Shown: in pieces, positions 10,998-20,971 of the stretch | Layout of the letters: every line of letters starts with the position of its first letter | How positions within the stretch are numbered: position 1 is the stretch's first letter | From: an uncultured Eubacteriales bacterium | GTDB lineage: Bacteria; Bacillota_I; Bacilli_A; RF39; UBA660 | Length of the DNA: 64,000 nucleotides | Assembly (NCBI GenBank): GCA_963545265.1 | Contig: CAUUHY010000001.1 | Span: 21,918 to 85,917, forward strand | Direction: 5' to 3' | Translations under genes and position numbers: made by a program | The notes under the pieces: generated by a model | What the model saw: only the letters and a program-made list of their open reading frames with translations | What the model was told of the DNA's origin: nothing | The model's database searches: none

Positions 10998-11944
10998 TAA
11001 ATTAACTCCAAATATAATGCAGATAAGAAATGAACGGGATATTTTTTTATTATATTAATTATTTTTTCTATATTCATATTTAGACATTTACATATAATTG
11101 TAATAATTTCTTCGTCTGTAAAAGAATTAACTGAATTTAATTTGTTATATGTTAAATGTTTTTTTTGACTTAATCTATATACAGTATTTTTTAGATTTTC
11201 GTTAAATTTATTAATAGTATATAATTTTGAATTATTCAATTTGAATATATTTGCAGTATTTTCTATTAAATTAAAAAAATAATCTTTATTATCATCTTTT
11301 AAAATGTTAGAAATATATGGTATTTTATCAACTAAAATTTCTAAACTATCATCAGATCTTATGTATTTTAACAAATCATCAATATATTTTTTATTAATTG
11401 AATTATAAAATTTATCAAGTTCTTTATTATGAAAATAATATGTGTTACCTTCAATCTTTTTAAAATACTTTAATGTTTCGTAGTAAGCTTTATCAATTAA
11501 ATATTCTTTATCATACTTTTGTATATCTCTTGCTAATCTTAATATATGTTTTTCGCCATCTAAATTTAAATCTGCTAAAAAATAATCTTCTTCTTTTTGG
11601 CCATATTTCTTTTTAAAATTATGATTTAAAAATCTATTAAAATCTTTTGGAGTTATTTGAGATTGATATATTAAATTTCCTTGTAATTCAACTTCTAAAT
11701 AATAATCATTAAAAATATAATCTTTAAAATTCAAATTTTTTATTAAAAATTTCTTTTTATCAAGTACTATTCCTTCGTAATATTTTTTTAATAATTTATA
11801 ATTAGTATATAAAAAAATATTAATAAAAGATGCTTCATCACTTATTAAATGTTTTGGTTCAATTTTTAGTTTTTTTAATGCTTTTAATACTCCGTATTGA
11901 TAAGCTAATAGTCTTGTGTTAGTAAAAACTTTTATTTCTTGCAT
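10997..11944 (-). CDS. Hypothetical protein co-transcribed with the radical SAM gene
   Basis: 315-aa ORF; TAATG stop/start overlap with the downstream radical SAM gene; no domain recognised. Confidence 0.5.
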   Translation of the reverse strand: MQEIKVFTNTRLLAYQYGVLKALKKLKIEPKHLISDEASFINIFLYTNYKLLKKYYEGIVLDKKKFLIKNLNFKDYIFNDYYLEVELQGNLIYQSQITPKDFNRFLNHNFKKKYGQKEEDYFLADLNLDGEKHILRLARDIQKYDKEYLIDKAYYETLKYFKKIEGNTYYFHNKELDKFYNSINKKYIDDLLKYIRSDDSLEILVDKIPYISNILKDDNKDYFFNLIENTANIFKLNNSKLYTINKFNENLKNTVYRLSQKKHLTYNKLNSVNSFTDEEIITIICKCLNMNIEKIINIIKKYPVHFLSALYLELI

Positions 11945-12014
11945 ATTATCACCTATTCAATTATATCATAACTATAATTCTTGTGGTATAATCTTATAAG
12001 AGAATAGAGGGATT

Positions 12015-14372
12015 ATGGATAAGGTTAAAGATAGTTTTATTTTAGATCAAAGCAAAAAAACATCTAATATAGATTCGATAATTCAAGGTGAAAGATATAG
12101 ATTTACAGTTTTAACTGAAAGGCTTATTAGACTTGAATATAATGCAAATTCAAAGTTTACTGATAATTTAACCGCATCTATTAGAAATAGAAATTTTGTT
12201 AAACCTGAATTTAATATAATTGATAGTTCTACGACACTTGAAATAAAAACTAAATATTTTCATATAGTTTATGAAAAAGAAGCGCCTTTAGTTGGACCAA
12301 AAAGTAATCCTTCAATGTACTTTTATGCAAAAATTAACAACACTGATGAAGTTTGGTACCCGAATAAAAGAGATACTGAAAATATAAAAGGAAATTATAG
12401 AAGTTTAAATGATAATCAAAATGGTGAAACTTTATTTTCAAGAAGTAAATATGCTGTTGTAGATGAAAGTCTATCACCAATTATAACGGAAAACGGATAT
12501 TTTACTTTTACAGATAATAAGACAGATATTTATTTGTTTGTTTATAATAATGATTTTTCATTAGCTTTACAAGATTATTTAGCATTAACTGGTAAAGCAA
12601 GTTTAATACCTAAATATGCTTTTGGAAATATTTTGCTTGATAATAGGAAAGTTAATTCTGATTCAGTTATTAAAACAATAGAAGAATTTAAAAATAAAGA
12701 TATTTATTTATCTAGTTATATACTTGGTGATTTTGCAACGGATAATACAGTGTTTTTATTTGATAAAGAAAGATTTGAAGCACCTAAAGATTTAACTAGT
12801 AAAATTCATAAAATGGGAATATTTATCGGTTTAAAAGTTAATCCTTCAAAAGGTTTTAATGAAAAAGAATTAAACTATGTAGAACTTAGAAAATATTTGT
12901 CTCCTGATCTTAATAATATAATCCCATGTGAAGGAAATGATGCTAAATTTGTAGATACATATATTAAATCTCTTATAAGACCTATAAAAGAAAATGGTAT
13001 AGATTTTATAATGAACGATTATGAAGGTGATGTTTATAATATGTGGGGACTTAATCACTATACATATTTAAATGAAGCTAGAAAAGAATCGACAAGAGCT
13101 TTTATAATTTCTAAAAATTCTACAATATCACCACATTTATATCCGATTACTTATACAGGAGATTTTATATCAAGTTTTGAAAATTTAGAAAAAATAGTTG
13201 AAAGACAAAATGCTTACTATGCTAATTTATCTATAATGCAAGCAAACTTATTAAATGGTAGTAAAAACTATATAAATAATCCAAATTTATATATAAGATC
13301 TCTTCAATATAATGTTTTTTCTCCAGCTAATATTATTCAATTTAGTGATTTAAAATATAATATTTCTAAACCATGGGAATATGGTGGAGAATATTTAAAT
13401 TTATCTAAAGAACTTTTTAATTTAAGACAAAGGTTAGTGCCATTTTTATATTCTGAATATTATAATTACACTAATAAGGGATTCTTGATGTTTCAACCTT
13501 TATATTTTTCTATGCCAGATGCTTTAAAATATAAAGATTATAAAAGAGAATATTATTTAGCTAACACATTCTTAATAGCTCCAATTGTAAAAGATTTTGT
13601 TAAATCGACAAGATATAGTAAAGTAGATTATTTTTTACCAAAGGGTAATTGGTATAATTACTTTTCTTCAGAATTTTATGAAGGTGCAAAAAAGTATAGT
13701 AGTTATTTTAGAATAGATGAATATCCAGTGTTTGTAAGACCTGGATCTGTCATAGTTAAAAATAATGATTTATATCCATATAGTTACACTAATCCTAAAA
13801 ATTTACTTATTGAATTTTTCCCAGGAGCAGGTAAAAGTTATGTTCTTTATGAAGATGATGGAATAAGTCAAAAATATTTAGAAGGTAACTATATGAAAAC
13901 TCAAATATCATATAGAAATGAATTAAAAGAATATACTATAGATATAAAACCAATCGATGGAAAAAGTGGAATTATTCCAGAATTTAGAAATTATACTTTA
14001 GTATTTAAAAATATTAAAAATCCATCTTTAGTAATTGTAAAAACAATGGAAAATACTTTGCCATTTAATATAAAAAGAGTTGGTAAAGATATAATAATCG
14101 ATATTAAAAATATAAATACATTAGAATTAGTAACTATAAAATTAAAAAGCGATGAAGTTTTAGAAAATTTATATATTCATGAAGATAATATATCTATAGA
14201 TAATTTTATTAATGATTTAGAAGTACCTAATGAATTAAAAGATAAGGTAAAAGAAATATTGTTATCAAACGATAACTTTACTGGATTATTTAAAAAATTA
14301 GAACTTAAAAAATTAGGTTTAACTAACCTTATGATAGATAAAATATTAGAACTTAAAAATGATTTGAAATAA
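12015..14372 (+). CDS. Glycoside hydrolase family 31 protein (alpha-glucosidase/alpha-xylosidase-like), cytoplasmic
   Basis: 785 aa; GIDFIMNDYEGD resembles the GH31 nucleophile region (DxFKxDFGE in YicI); N-terminal RYRFTVLTERLIRLEY beta-sandwich; no signal peptide. Confidence 0.55.
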   Translation: MDKVKDSFILDQSKKTSNIDSIIQGERYRFTVLTERLIRLEYNANSKFTDNLTASIRNRNFVKPEFNIIDSSTTLEIKTKYFHIVYEKEAPLVGPKSNPSMYFYAKINNTDEVWYPNKRDTENIKGNYRSLNDNQNGETLFSRSKYAVVDESLSPIITENGYFTFTDNKTDIYLFVYNNDFSLALQDYLALTGKASLIPKYAFGNILLDNRKVNSDSVIKTIEEFKNKDIYLSSYILGDFATDNTVFLFDKERFEAPKDLTSKIHKMGIFIGLKVNPSKGFNEKELNYVELRKYLSPDLNNIIPCEGNDAKFVDTYIKSLIRPIKENGIDFIMNDYEGDVYNMWGLNHYTYLNEARKESTRAFIISKNSTISPHLYPITYTGDFISSFENLEKIVERQNAYYANLSIMQANLLNGSKNYINNPNLYIRSLQYNVFSPANIIQFSDLKYNISKPWEYGGEYLNLSKELFNLRQRLVPFLYSEYYNYTNKGFLMFQPLYFSMPDALKYKDYKREYYLANTFLIAPIVKDFVKSTRYSKVDYFLPKGNWYNYFSSEFYEGAKKYSSYFRIDEYPVFVRPGSVIVKNNDLYPYSYTNPKNLLIEFFPGAGKSYVLYEDDGISQKYLEGNYMKTQISYRNELKEYTIDIKPIDGKSGIIPEFRNYTLVFKNIKNPSLVIVKTMENTLPFNIKRVGKDIIIDIKNINTLELVTIKLKSDEVLENLYIHEDNISIDNFINDLEVPNELKDKVKEILLSNDNFTGLFKKLELKKLGLTNLMIDKILELKNDLK

Positions 14373-14404
14373 TTGATATAAAAGTTTAAATGTTTTATAA
14401 TAAA

Positions 14405-14600
14405 ATTAATTCATTTAAGAAGTAGTAATAATACTTTATTTTTAAGAAAGTTAGTGGTTGATGTGAACTAATAAATAAGTATTATGAACTTGTCTTAATA
14501 AAAACTTGAAGATAGGGTAATTGCTATATAAATTAAATAAGAACAAAGTAAGGTGGTACCGCGGCATTTCGCCCTTATAGGTAACATCTTTTTTTTATGA
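14405..14600 (+). promoter_or_regulatory. T-box riboswitch leader (Leu-tRNA responsive, by context) with terminator
   Basis: Conserved T-box core GGTGGTACCGCGG at 14552-14564, followed by a T8 tract at ~14589-14598; candidate promoter TTGATA-17-TATAAT at ~14375-14400; lies upstream of leuS. Confidence 0.65.
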
Positions 14601-14607
14601 GGTAAAT

Positions 14608-14982
14608 ATGACGGTGACATTGATATTATCAATATTATTTATATTAACAGCTTATTTTATATTTTATGTATTATATATTAGTAAGTTTGATGTAAAAGGA
14701 AGGGCTCTTGATGAAAAGACTAGAGAACCTAACGATATAGAAGTTTATATAAAAATACTAAATATAGATAGAAAAAGAGTTAATTATAGACATCTTCTGC
14801 ATGTTATTTATTTAACTTTATCTATAGATTTAGGGTTAACATATTTTATATTTTATGAAGTAGCTATAAAAAATATAGTATTAAAATTTTTATTTGGTTT
14901 TATTGTTATTTTGTTAATTTTATGGATTTCCATATTGATATTAAGATTATATTTTGAAAGAAGAGGAGAAAGAAATGATTAA
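14608..14982 (+). CDS. Hypothetical small membrane protein (3-4 TM) between the T-box leader and leuS
   Basis: RBS GAGG 5 nt before the ATG; ends 8 nt inside the leuS start; hydrophobic composition could also be an AT-bias artefact. Confidence 0.35.
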   Translation: MTVTLILSILFILTAYFIFYVLYISKFDVKGRALDEKTREPNDIEVYIKILNIDRKRVNYRHLLHVIYLTLSIDLGLTYFIFYEVAIKNIVLKFLFGFIVILLILWISILILRLYFERRGERND

Positions 14983-17371
14983 TAAAGAATACGATTTTGG
15001 AAAAAATCAAGATAAATGGAATAAATATTGGGAAGAAAATGAAACTTTTAAAACAGATGTATGGGATTTTTCTAAACCAAAATATTATTGTTTAGATATG
15101 TTTCCATATCCATCTGGATCTGCACTTCATGTAGGTCATCCACTAGGTTATATTGCAACTGATATAATGGCTAGATATAAAAGAATGAAAGGATTTAATG
15201 TTTTACATCCGATGGGATGGGATTCTTTTGGTCTTCCTAGTGAACAATATGCAATTGATACTGGTAATAATCCAGCTGACTTTAATAAGAAAAATATTGA
15301 AATATTTAAAAATCAATTAAAAAATATAGGTTTATCTTTTGATTGGAGTAAGGAAATATCTACTAGTGATCCTAAATATTATAAATGGACACAATGGATA
15401 TTTAAAAGATTATTTGAAGCTAATTTAGCTAAGAAAACTGATATGTTAGTTAATTGGAGTGAGGACTTAGGTACTGTATTATCAAATGATGAAATAGTAG
15501 ATGGAAAAACTGAAAGAGGTGGTTATCCAGTTACTAGAAAAAATATGCCTCAATGGGTTATAGAAATTCCTAAATATGCAGAAAAATTATTAGAAGGATT
15601 AGATAGAGTTGATTTTCCTGAATCTACTAAAGAAATTCAAAGAAATTGGATAGGTAAATCAGTTGGTGCAGAAGTTGAATTTAAAGTAGATAATACTAAT
15701 CTTTCATTTACTGTATTTACTACTAGATGTGATACTCTTTTTGGTGTTACATATTGTGTTTTATCTCCAGATCATAGTTTAGTAGATTCTATAACAACTA
15801 AAGAACAAGAAGAGGAAGTAAAAAAATATAAAGAAGAAACAGCTAAGAAGAGCGATTTAGAAAGAACAGATCTTAATCACGATAAGACAGGTGTATTTAC
15901 TGGTAGTTATGCAATTAATCCAGTTAATGGTAAAAAAATACCTATTTATATAGCAGATTATGTTTTATCAACATATGCAACTGGTGCAATAATGGCAGTT
16001 CCAGCACATGATAAAAGAGATTATGAATTTGCTAAAAAATTTAATTTAGATATTATTAAAGTATTAGATGTAGATGAACAAGATATGGAAAAAGATGGAA
16101 TACATATTTCATCAGGTTTCTTAGATGGACTTAATAAAAAAGATGCAATTGATAAAATGTTAGAATATCTTGAAAAAAATAATTTAGGTAAAAAGAAAGT
16201 TAATTATAAGATGAGAGATTGGATATTCTCTCGTCAAAGATACTGGGGAGAACCAATTCCTATAGTTGAATTTGAAGATGGAAGACAAATGGCACTTCCA
16301 GATAAAGATTTACCACTAGAACTTCCTGTTTTAGAAGATTATAAACCATTTAGAGATGGAAGATCAGCACTTGCAAGAGCAACAGATTTTATAAATGTAG
16401 AAATAGATGGTCAAAAAGCAAAAAGAGAACTTTCTACAATGCCTGGAAGTGCTGGATCAAGTTGGTATTTTTTAAGATATATAGACCCACATAATGAAGA
16501 AAAATTAGCAGAAAAAGAACTACTTGATCACTGGATGCCAGTAGATTTATATGTAGGTGGACCAGAACATGCGGTAGGACACTTACTATATTCTAGAATG
16601 TGGACAAAATTTTTACACGAACAAGGTATCTTAAATGTAGATGAACCATATAAAAAATTATTTCATCAAGGTATGATGCTTGGAGCTAATGGAATAAAAA
16701 TGGGAAAAAGATATAAAGAATTTGTAGTAGATCCTAACGACATAGTTAACGAGTATGGAGCAGATGCTTTAAGACTTTATCAAATGTTTATGGGACCTTT
16801 AGAAGCATCAAAACCATGGAGTGATTCTGGAATAAATGGAGCTAAGAAATTTTTAGATAAAGTTGTAAGACTTCTTACTAGCGAAAAAATACAAGATAAA
16901 GAAAATAAAACTTTAGATAAAGTGTATAATTATACAATAAAAAAATGCGAAGAAGATTATGAAAAATTATCATTTAATACAGCAGTAGCACAAATGATGA
17001 TATTTGTTAATGAAGCAAGTAAAGAAGAAATAGTTCCACTTGAATATATAAGAGGATTTTTAAAACTATTAAATCCAATATGTCCTTATTTAACAGAAGA
17101 ATTTTATCAACGTTTATTTGGAAGTAATACAATAGCTTATGAAAATTTTCCAACATATGATGAAACTAAGTTAGAAGATGATAAAAAAACTATAGCAGTG
17201 CAAGTAAATGGAAAATTAAGATCAACAGTAGAAATTACAAGTGAAGAAACAGAAGAAGATATTTTAAAAAAAGTACTAGAAGATACAAAAATAAAAACTT
17301 ATACAGATGATAAAACCATTGTTAAAAAGATATATATTAAAGATAAAATAGTTAATATAGTTGTAAAATAA
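14975..17371 (+). CDS. leuS: Leucyl-tRNA synthetase
   Basis: HIGH-like HVGHPLGY and KMSKS-equivalent KMGKR motifs; ~800 aa; RBS GAGGAG before ATG 14975 (the ORF track's upstream start at 14954 is less likely). Confidence 0.95.
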   Translation: MINKEYDFGKNQDKWNKYWEENETFKTDVWDFSKPKYYCLDMFPYPSGSALHVGHPLGYIATDIMARYKRMKGFNVLHPMGWDSFGLPSEQYAIDTGNNPADFNKKNIEIFKNQLKNIGLSFDWSKEISTSDPKYYKWTQWIFKRLFEANLAKKTDMLVNWSEDLGTVLSNDEIVDGKTERGGYPVTRKNMPQWVIEIPKYAEKLLEGLDRVDFPESTKEIQRNWIGKSVGAEVEFKVDNTNLSFTVFTTRCDTLFGVTYCVLSPDHSLVDSITTKEQEEEVKKYKEETAKKSDLERTDLNHDKTGVFTGSYAINPVNGKKIPIYIADYVLSTYATGAIMAVPAHDKRDYEFAKKFNLDIIKVLDVDEQDMEKDGIHISSGFLDGLNKKDAIDKMLEYLEKNNLGKKKVNYKMRDWIFSRQRYWGEPIPIVEFEDGRQMALPDKDLPLELPVLEDYKPFRDGRSALARATDFINVEIDGQKAKRELSTMPGSAGSSWYFLRYIDPHNEEKLAEKELLDHWMPVDLYVGGPEHAVGHLLYSRMWTKFLHEQGILNVDEPYKKLFHQGMMLGANGIKMGKRYKEFVVDPNDIVNEYGADALRLYQMFMGPLEASKPWSDSGINGAKKFLDKVVRLLTSEKIQDKENKTLDKVYNYTIKKCEEDYEKLSFNTAVAQMMIFVNEASKEEIVPLEYIRGFLKLLNPICPYLTEEFYQRLFGSNTIAYENFPTYDETKLEDDKKTIAVQVNGKLRSTVEITSEETEEDILKKVLEDTKIKTYTDDKTIVKKIYIKDKIVNIVVK

Positions 17372-17408
17372 TAATAAAATTATTATTATATTAGTAGAGG
17401 TATGTATA

Positions 17409-18101
17409 ATGGAAGAAGAAAAGAAAAAGAAAACAACAAATAATAAGAAACAAGATGTGAAGAAAAATGCTAAATCAACTTCTAAAAAAGTTGATTCAAA
17501 AAAGAAAGTTTCTAAAAAATCAAATATTAGAAATAATAATGTAAAAACTGAAAAGAAAATTACAGAAGTTAAAAAAGAAGTTAAACCTAAGGTTGAAGAA
17601 AAAGTTGAAGTTAAAAAAGATTCAATAAAAGAAAAAGCTTTAGAAGATACAACAATTTTAGCTGTAGCAAAACCAGTTAAAAATAAAGAAATATCAGCAA
17701 GTAATGAATCAACTAGATCTAAAATTTTAATTGCTTCACTTTCTATATTAGTATTTATTATGATAATTTTACTTATTTATAAGTTTAATGATAGGTTAAA
17801 AGAAGATCCTAGATATAAAGATAGTATTAGTGAATATTGTGAACAATTAGCTAAAAAAGAAGAAAAACAACAAAGAGAAAATGTTGCTAAAGAAGTAAGT
17901 TCTAATGATTTGGATAAAATTAAATTTAAAAAAGTAACATGTGAATACAATGAACCAAGTAAATTATCAAAAGAAGAATTAAAAAATAATGATGCAGGTT
18001 ATAGTTATGTTATATCTATAAAGAAAGATGCTAAAGTAGCATATACTAAAGAAGTATTAGTAATAAAGTCAAATGATAAGTGGACAGTAGAAGAAAAATA
18101 A
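17409..18101 (+). CDS. Hypothetical bitopic membrane protein with a lysine-rich N-terminal cytoplasmic tail
   Basis: K-rich 120-aa N-terminus, one TM (ILIASLSILVFIMIILLIY), ~100-aa extracytoplasmic domain. Confidence 0.5.
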   Translation: MEEEKKKKTTNNKKQDVKKNAKSTSKKVDSKKKVSKKSNIRNNNVKTEKKITEVKKEVKPKVEEKVEVKKDSIKEKALEDTTILAVAKPVKNKEISASNESTRSKILIASLSILVFIMIILLIYKFNDRLKEDPRYKDSISEYCEQLAKKEEKQQRENVAKEVSSNDLDKIKFKKVTCEYNEPSKLSKEELKNNDAGYSYVISIKKDAKVAYTKEVLVIKSNDKWTVEEK

Positions 18102-18124
18102 TCACAAAAGTGATTATTTTTTTA
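18100..18124 (+). terminator. Rho-independent terminator
   Basis: aatcacaaaagtgatt hairpin plus a T-run. Confidence 0.55.
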
Positions 18125-18125
18125 T

Positions 18126-18153
18126 TTGACAAATACTCTCAAAAGTTTATAAT
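18126..18153 (+). promoter_or_regulatory. Sigma-A promoter of the 18195-23763 operon
   Basis: TTGACA(18126-31)-16 nt-TATAAT(18148-53), a near-perfect consensus. Confidence 0.6.
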
Positions 18154-18166
18154 ATAAACGTATTAA

Positions 18167-18181
18167 TGCAAATAATTAGCA
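18167..18181 (+). promoter_or_regulatory. Candidate Fur-family 7-1-7 operator (TGCAAAT-A-ATTAGCA)
   Basis: Imperfect inverted repeat matching the TnnTAAT-n-ATTAnnA architecture of Fur/PerR/Zur boxes; sits between the -10 and the RBS of an operon that ends in a Fur-family gene. Confidence 0.35.
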
Positions 18182-18194
18182 TTTAGGAGGAGCT

Positions 18195-18623
18195 ATGAAA
18201 AAATTTTTAAACGCAAAAGAAATAACTTTAAAATCTTATAAAGATACTAATGATGAAAAAGGAACAGATTTACCAATCGCTGAAGGAGAAGAAGAACTAA
18301 ATTTTCATTTAGATATGAGAGGTAATCATGTTATTGATCTTGAATTAACTTTTGATGAAGAAGAAAAAAGAGAAGAAACATTAGAATTTGAAATGAATGA
18401 TGATATGTTTTTACTTTATATAGAATCATATAAATATGATAAAGACTCAGATCAATTAATTAGATATAAATCATATCAAGTAGTTGGTGATGATGAAGTT
18501 ACTATAGATATAGATGAAAATACAAGAACTATTAATTTAACATCAATAGGATATATAAATAAAGATAAAGTAGGGAACATAAAAATAAAAAGACAAAAAG
18601 AAAAAGTAAAAAGGAAAAATTAA
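18195..18623 (+). CDS. Hypothetical acidic protein (first gene of the operon)
   Basis: RBS AGGAGG; 142 aa, D/E-rich; 3-nt gap to the next gene. Confidence 0.5.
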   Translation: MKKFLNAKEITLKSYKDTNDEKGTDLPIAEGEEELNFHLDMRGNHVIDLELTFDEEEKREETLEFEMNDDMFLLYIESYKYDKDSDQLIRYKSYQVVGDDEVTIDIDENTRTINLTSIGYINKDKVGNIKIKRQKEKVKRKN

Positions 18624-18626
18624 TAT

Positions 18627-19550
18627 ATGAGAGTGTCATTTTTTGGAAAAGGTGGAAGTGGAAAAACAACGATATCTTCATCTTTTATTAGTTATTTATT
18701 AAAGAAGAAAGAAAATGTTTTAGCAATAGATGCTGATATGAATGTTCATTTGGGAAAAGTTTTTGATATGCCAATAAATATAATAAGTAAAGAAAACGAT
18801 GAAATAGCAAAAACTTTAGAACCAAATAGAAATATTCCTATAATAGGGACAACACCACCTGTTAAAAATTCTAGGTTTATAAAAGTATCTAAAGAAGATC
18901 GTTTTTTAAAAAAATATGCAACAATTAAAAATAATTTAATGTTATTAACAGTTGGTACTTATAATTTAGAAAGCGTAGGATCAGATTGTTATCATAGTAA
19001 ACTTAATACACTAGAACTTATATATCATCGTTTACTTGATACAAATAAAGATTATGTTGTTACTGATTCAACAGCAGGAATAGATAGTTTAGGTACATCT
19101 TTATTCTTTGTATCGGATATTAACGTTTTTGTTGTAGAACCAACTATGAAAGGTATATCTGTATATAAAGATTTTAATGATATAGCTAGTAAATTAGGTA
19201 TTAAGACTTATGTAATAGGAAATAAAATTACAGATAAAGAAGATGAAGAATTTTTAATTAAAAAAATAGGTAAAGAAAACATTTTAGGTTTCATTAAAAA
19301 TTCAAAAAATTTAAGAAAATATGAACAAGGTGAAAAAGAATACTTTGATGAATTTGTAAATGAAAATAAAGATGTTTATGAAAATTTAATATCTGTTATG
19401 AAAAATACACCAAGAGATTGGAAAATTTATTATGAGAGATTAAAGAATGTTTATGTAGCAGCTTGTTTAGATTGGTATTCAGAGTATTATAAAGAAGATT
19501 TAACTAAATATATAGATCAAGATTTTTCTTATGAAGAAGTAGAGGTATAA
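18627..19550 (+). CDS. CooC-like MinD/ParA-superfamily P-loop ATPase
   Basis: Deviant Walker A FFGKGGSGKTT, A' LAIDADMN, and DYVVTDSTAGIDSLG resembling the CooC D-VV-D-EAG-EHL motif; 307 aa. Confidence 0.65.
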   Translation: MRVSFFGKGGSGKTTISSSFISYLLKKKENVLAIDADMNVHLGKVFDMPINIISKENDEIAKTLEPNRNIPIIGTTPPVKNSRFIKVSKEDRFLKKYATIKNNLMLLTVGTYNLESVGSDCYHSKLNTLELIYHRLLDTNKDYVVTDSTAGIDSLGTSLFFVSDINVFVVEPTMKGISVYKDFNDIASKLGIKTYVIGNKITDKEDEEFLIKKIGKENILGFIKNSKNLRKYEQGEKEYFDEFVNENKDVYENLISVMKNTPRDWKIYYERLKNVYVAACLDWYSEYYKEDLTKYIDQDFSYEEVEV

Positions 19551-20969
19551 ATGATAAGCTTTACAGCAAAAAAAGATGATAAAACAAAAAGATTTATAGA
19601 ACAAATAAAAAATTTAAAAACTATGATAAATAGTTTTTCTTCACCATGTAATATAATTTTCCCTGATAGTTTAGATAACAATGTTAAAACTATAGAAAAT
19701 GTATTAAAAAAGCACAATTTACTATATAAAATCTTTTATGCACATAAATGTAACAAATCTATGTCTATAGTAAAAGAAGCTGCTTTATTAAATCTTAACT
19801 GTGATGTAGCAAATGTTTATGAATTAAGAAGAGCTTTAATATCAGGGTTTTCTGGAGATAGAATAGAAGCAACTGGTCCAAAAAATAAAGAATTTTTAAT
19901 TTTAGCAATAGAACAAAATGTTACGATAAATGTTGATAACTTAGATGAATTAAAAGCTATTTTAGATTTAAATAAAAAGATAAATAAGAAAAAAGTAAAT
20001 ATATTATTAAGAATATCTTCATTTTTTAAAAATTATGCAATTGAAAAATTAACTAGATTTGGAATGGGATATGAAGATATATTAGAAGCTTTGAGTATAA
20101 TTAAAAAAAATTCATCGTTAAATTTATTAGGTTTTTCTTTTCATGTAGATACAGTAAAAAATAGTGAAAAAGTAATAGCTTTTACAAATGCTTTAAAATT
20201 AACAACTAAAGCTTTAGAAATGGGACTTAGTCCTAAAGTAATAGATATAGGTGGAGGATTTAAAGTAAATTATATTGAAAGTGAAGATGAATGGAATAGT
20301 TCTATAACGGAGTTAAAAGAATCGTTTTTAACTTTTGATTCATTAACATGGAATAATGAAACTTTTGGTATGAGTATAAAAAATAACACTTTAACAGGTA
20401 CTTTAAATGTTTATAATTTTTATAGTAAAGAAACATTAGCTGAAGATTTGGACTTATTTTTGACTACTAAAATAGAAGAGTATCAAAATCAAACAGTAGC
20501 AGATATTTTACTTGAAAATATGATTACTTTATATATAGAACCAGGTAAATCTTTACTTGATAATTTAGGTATATCTGTAGCTAAAGTTAACTTTGTAAAA
20601 ACTATTAAAAATGATACTGTTATCGGATTAGATATGAGAAGAAACGATTTAGTGATGGTTGATAGCGAAGTATTTTTAGATCCTTTAGTTGTAAGTGAAG
20701 AAAAAGAATTAGATGAAAAAAAGGGAGTATATTTTGTAGGTAACCTTTGTTTAGAAGGTGACTTAATTTATAAAAGAAAAATATTTATAAAACAGATACC
20801 TAAAGAAGGAGATTTAGTTATTTTCTTTAATACAGCGGGATACTTTATGGACTTTAACTATTTAGATCAAGATTTTTCTGTTACTAATAAAGTAGCAGCT
20901 ATAGAAAAAGATAATACTTTTGTTTTTTATAAAGATGAATTATATAATCCAATAATTAGTAAGGAGTAA
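19551..20969 (+). CDS. Fold-type III PLP-dependent decarboxylase (Orn/DAP/Arg decarboxylase family)
   Basis: PLP-lysine motif YAHKCN (cf. FAVKCN), glycine loop DIGGGFK, C-terminal active-site GNLCLEGD (cf. GPxCDSxD); 472 aa; start abuts the previous stop. Confidence 0.7.
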   Translation: MISFTAKKDDKTKRFIEQIKNLKTMINSFSSPCNIIFPDSLDNNVKTIENVLKKHNLLYKIFYAHKCNKSMSIVKEAALLNLNCDVANVYELRRALISGFSGDRIEATGPKNKEFLILAIEQNVTINVDNLDELKAILDLNKKINKKKVNILLRISSFFKNYAIEKLTRFGMGYEDILEALSIIKKNSSLNLLGFSFHVDTVKNSEKVIAFTNALKLTTKALEMGLSPKVIDIGGGFKVNYIESEDEWNSSITELKESFLTFDSLTWNNETFGMSIKNNTLTGTLNVYNFYSKETLAEDLDLFLTTKIEEYQNQTVADILLENMITLYIEPGKSLLDNLGISVAKVNFVKTIKNDTVIGLDMRRNDLVMVDSEVFLDPLVVSEEKELDEKKGVYFVGNLCLEGDLIYKRKIFIKQIPKEGDLVIFFNTAGYFMDFNYLDQDFSVTNKVAAIEKDNTFVFYKDELYNPIISKE

Positions 20970-20971
20970 AA

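Noticed and set aside
14954-14974. Upstream in-frame start for leuS (MKEEEKE...) given by the ORF track
   Set aside because: At this position the sequence reads TTG, and it lies inside the preceding ORF. A GAGGAG RBS sits 6 nt before ATG 14975, and LeuS homologs begin near MxxKEY(D)F.
18627-19550. ParA/Soj-type chromosome or plasmid partition ATPase
   Set aside because: No ParB-like partner or parS-like repeats. The sequence fits the CooC subfamily better (DYVVTDSTAGIDSL; N-terminus like CooC), and it is embedded in a metabolic operon.
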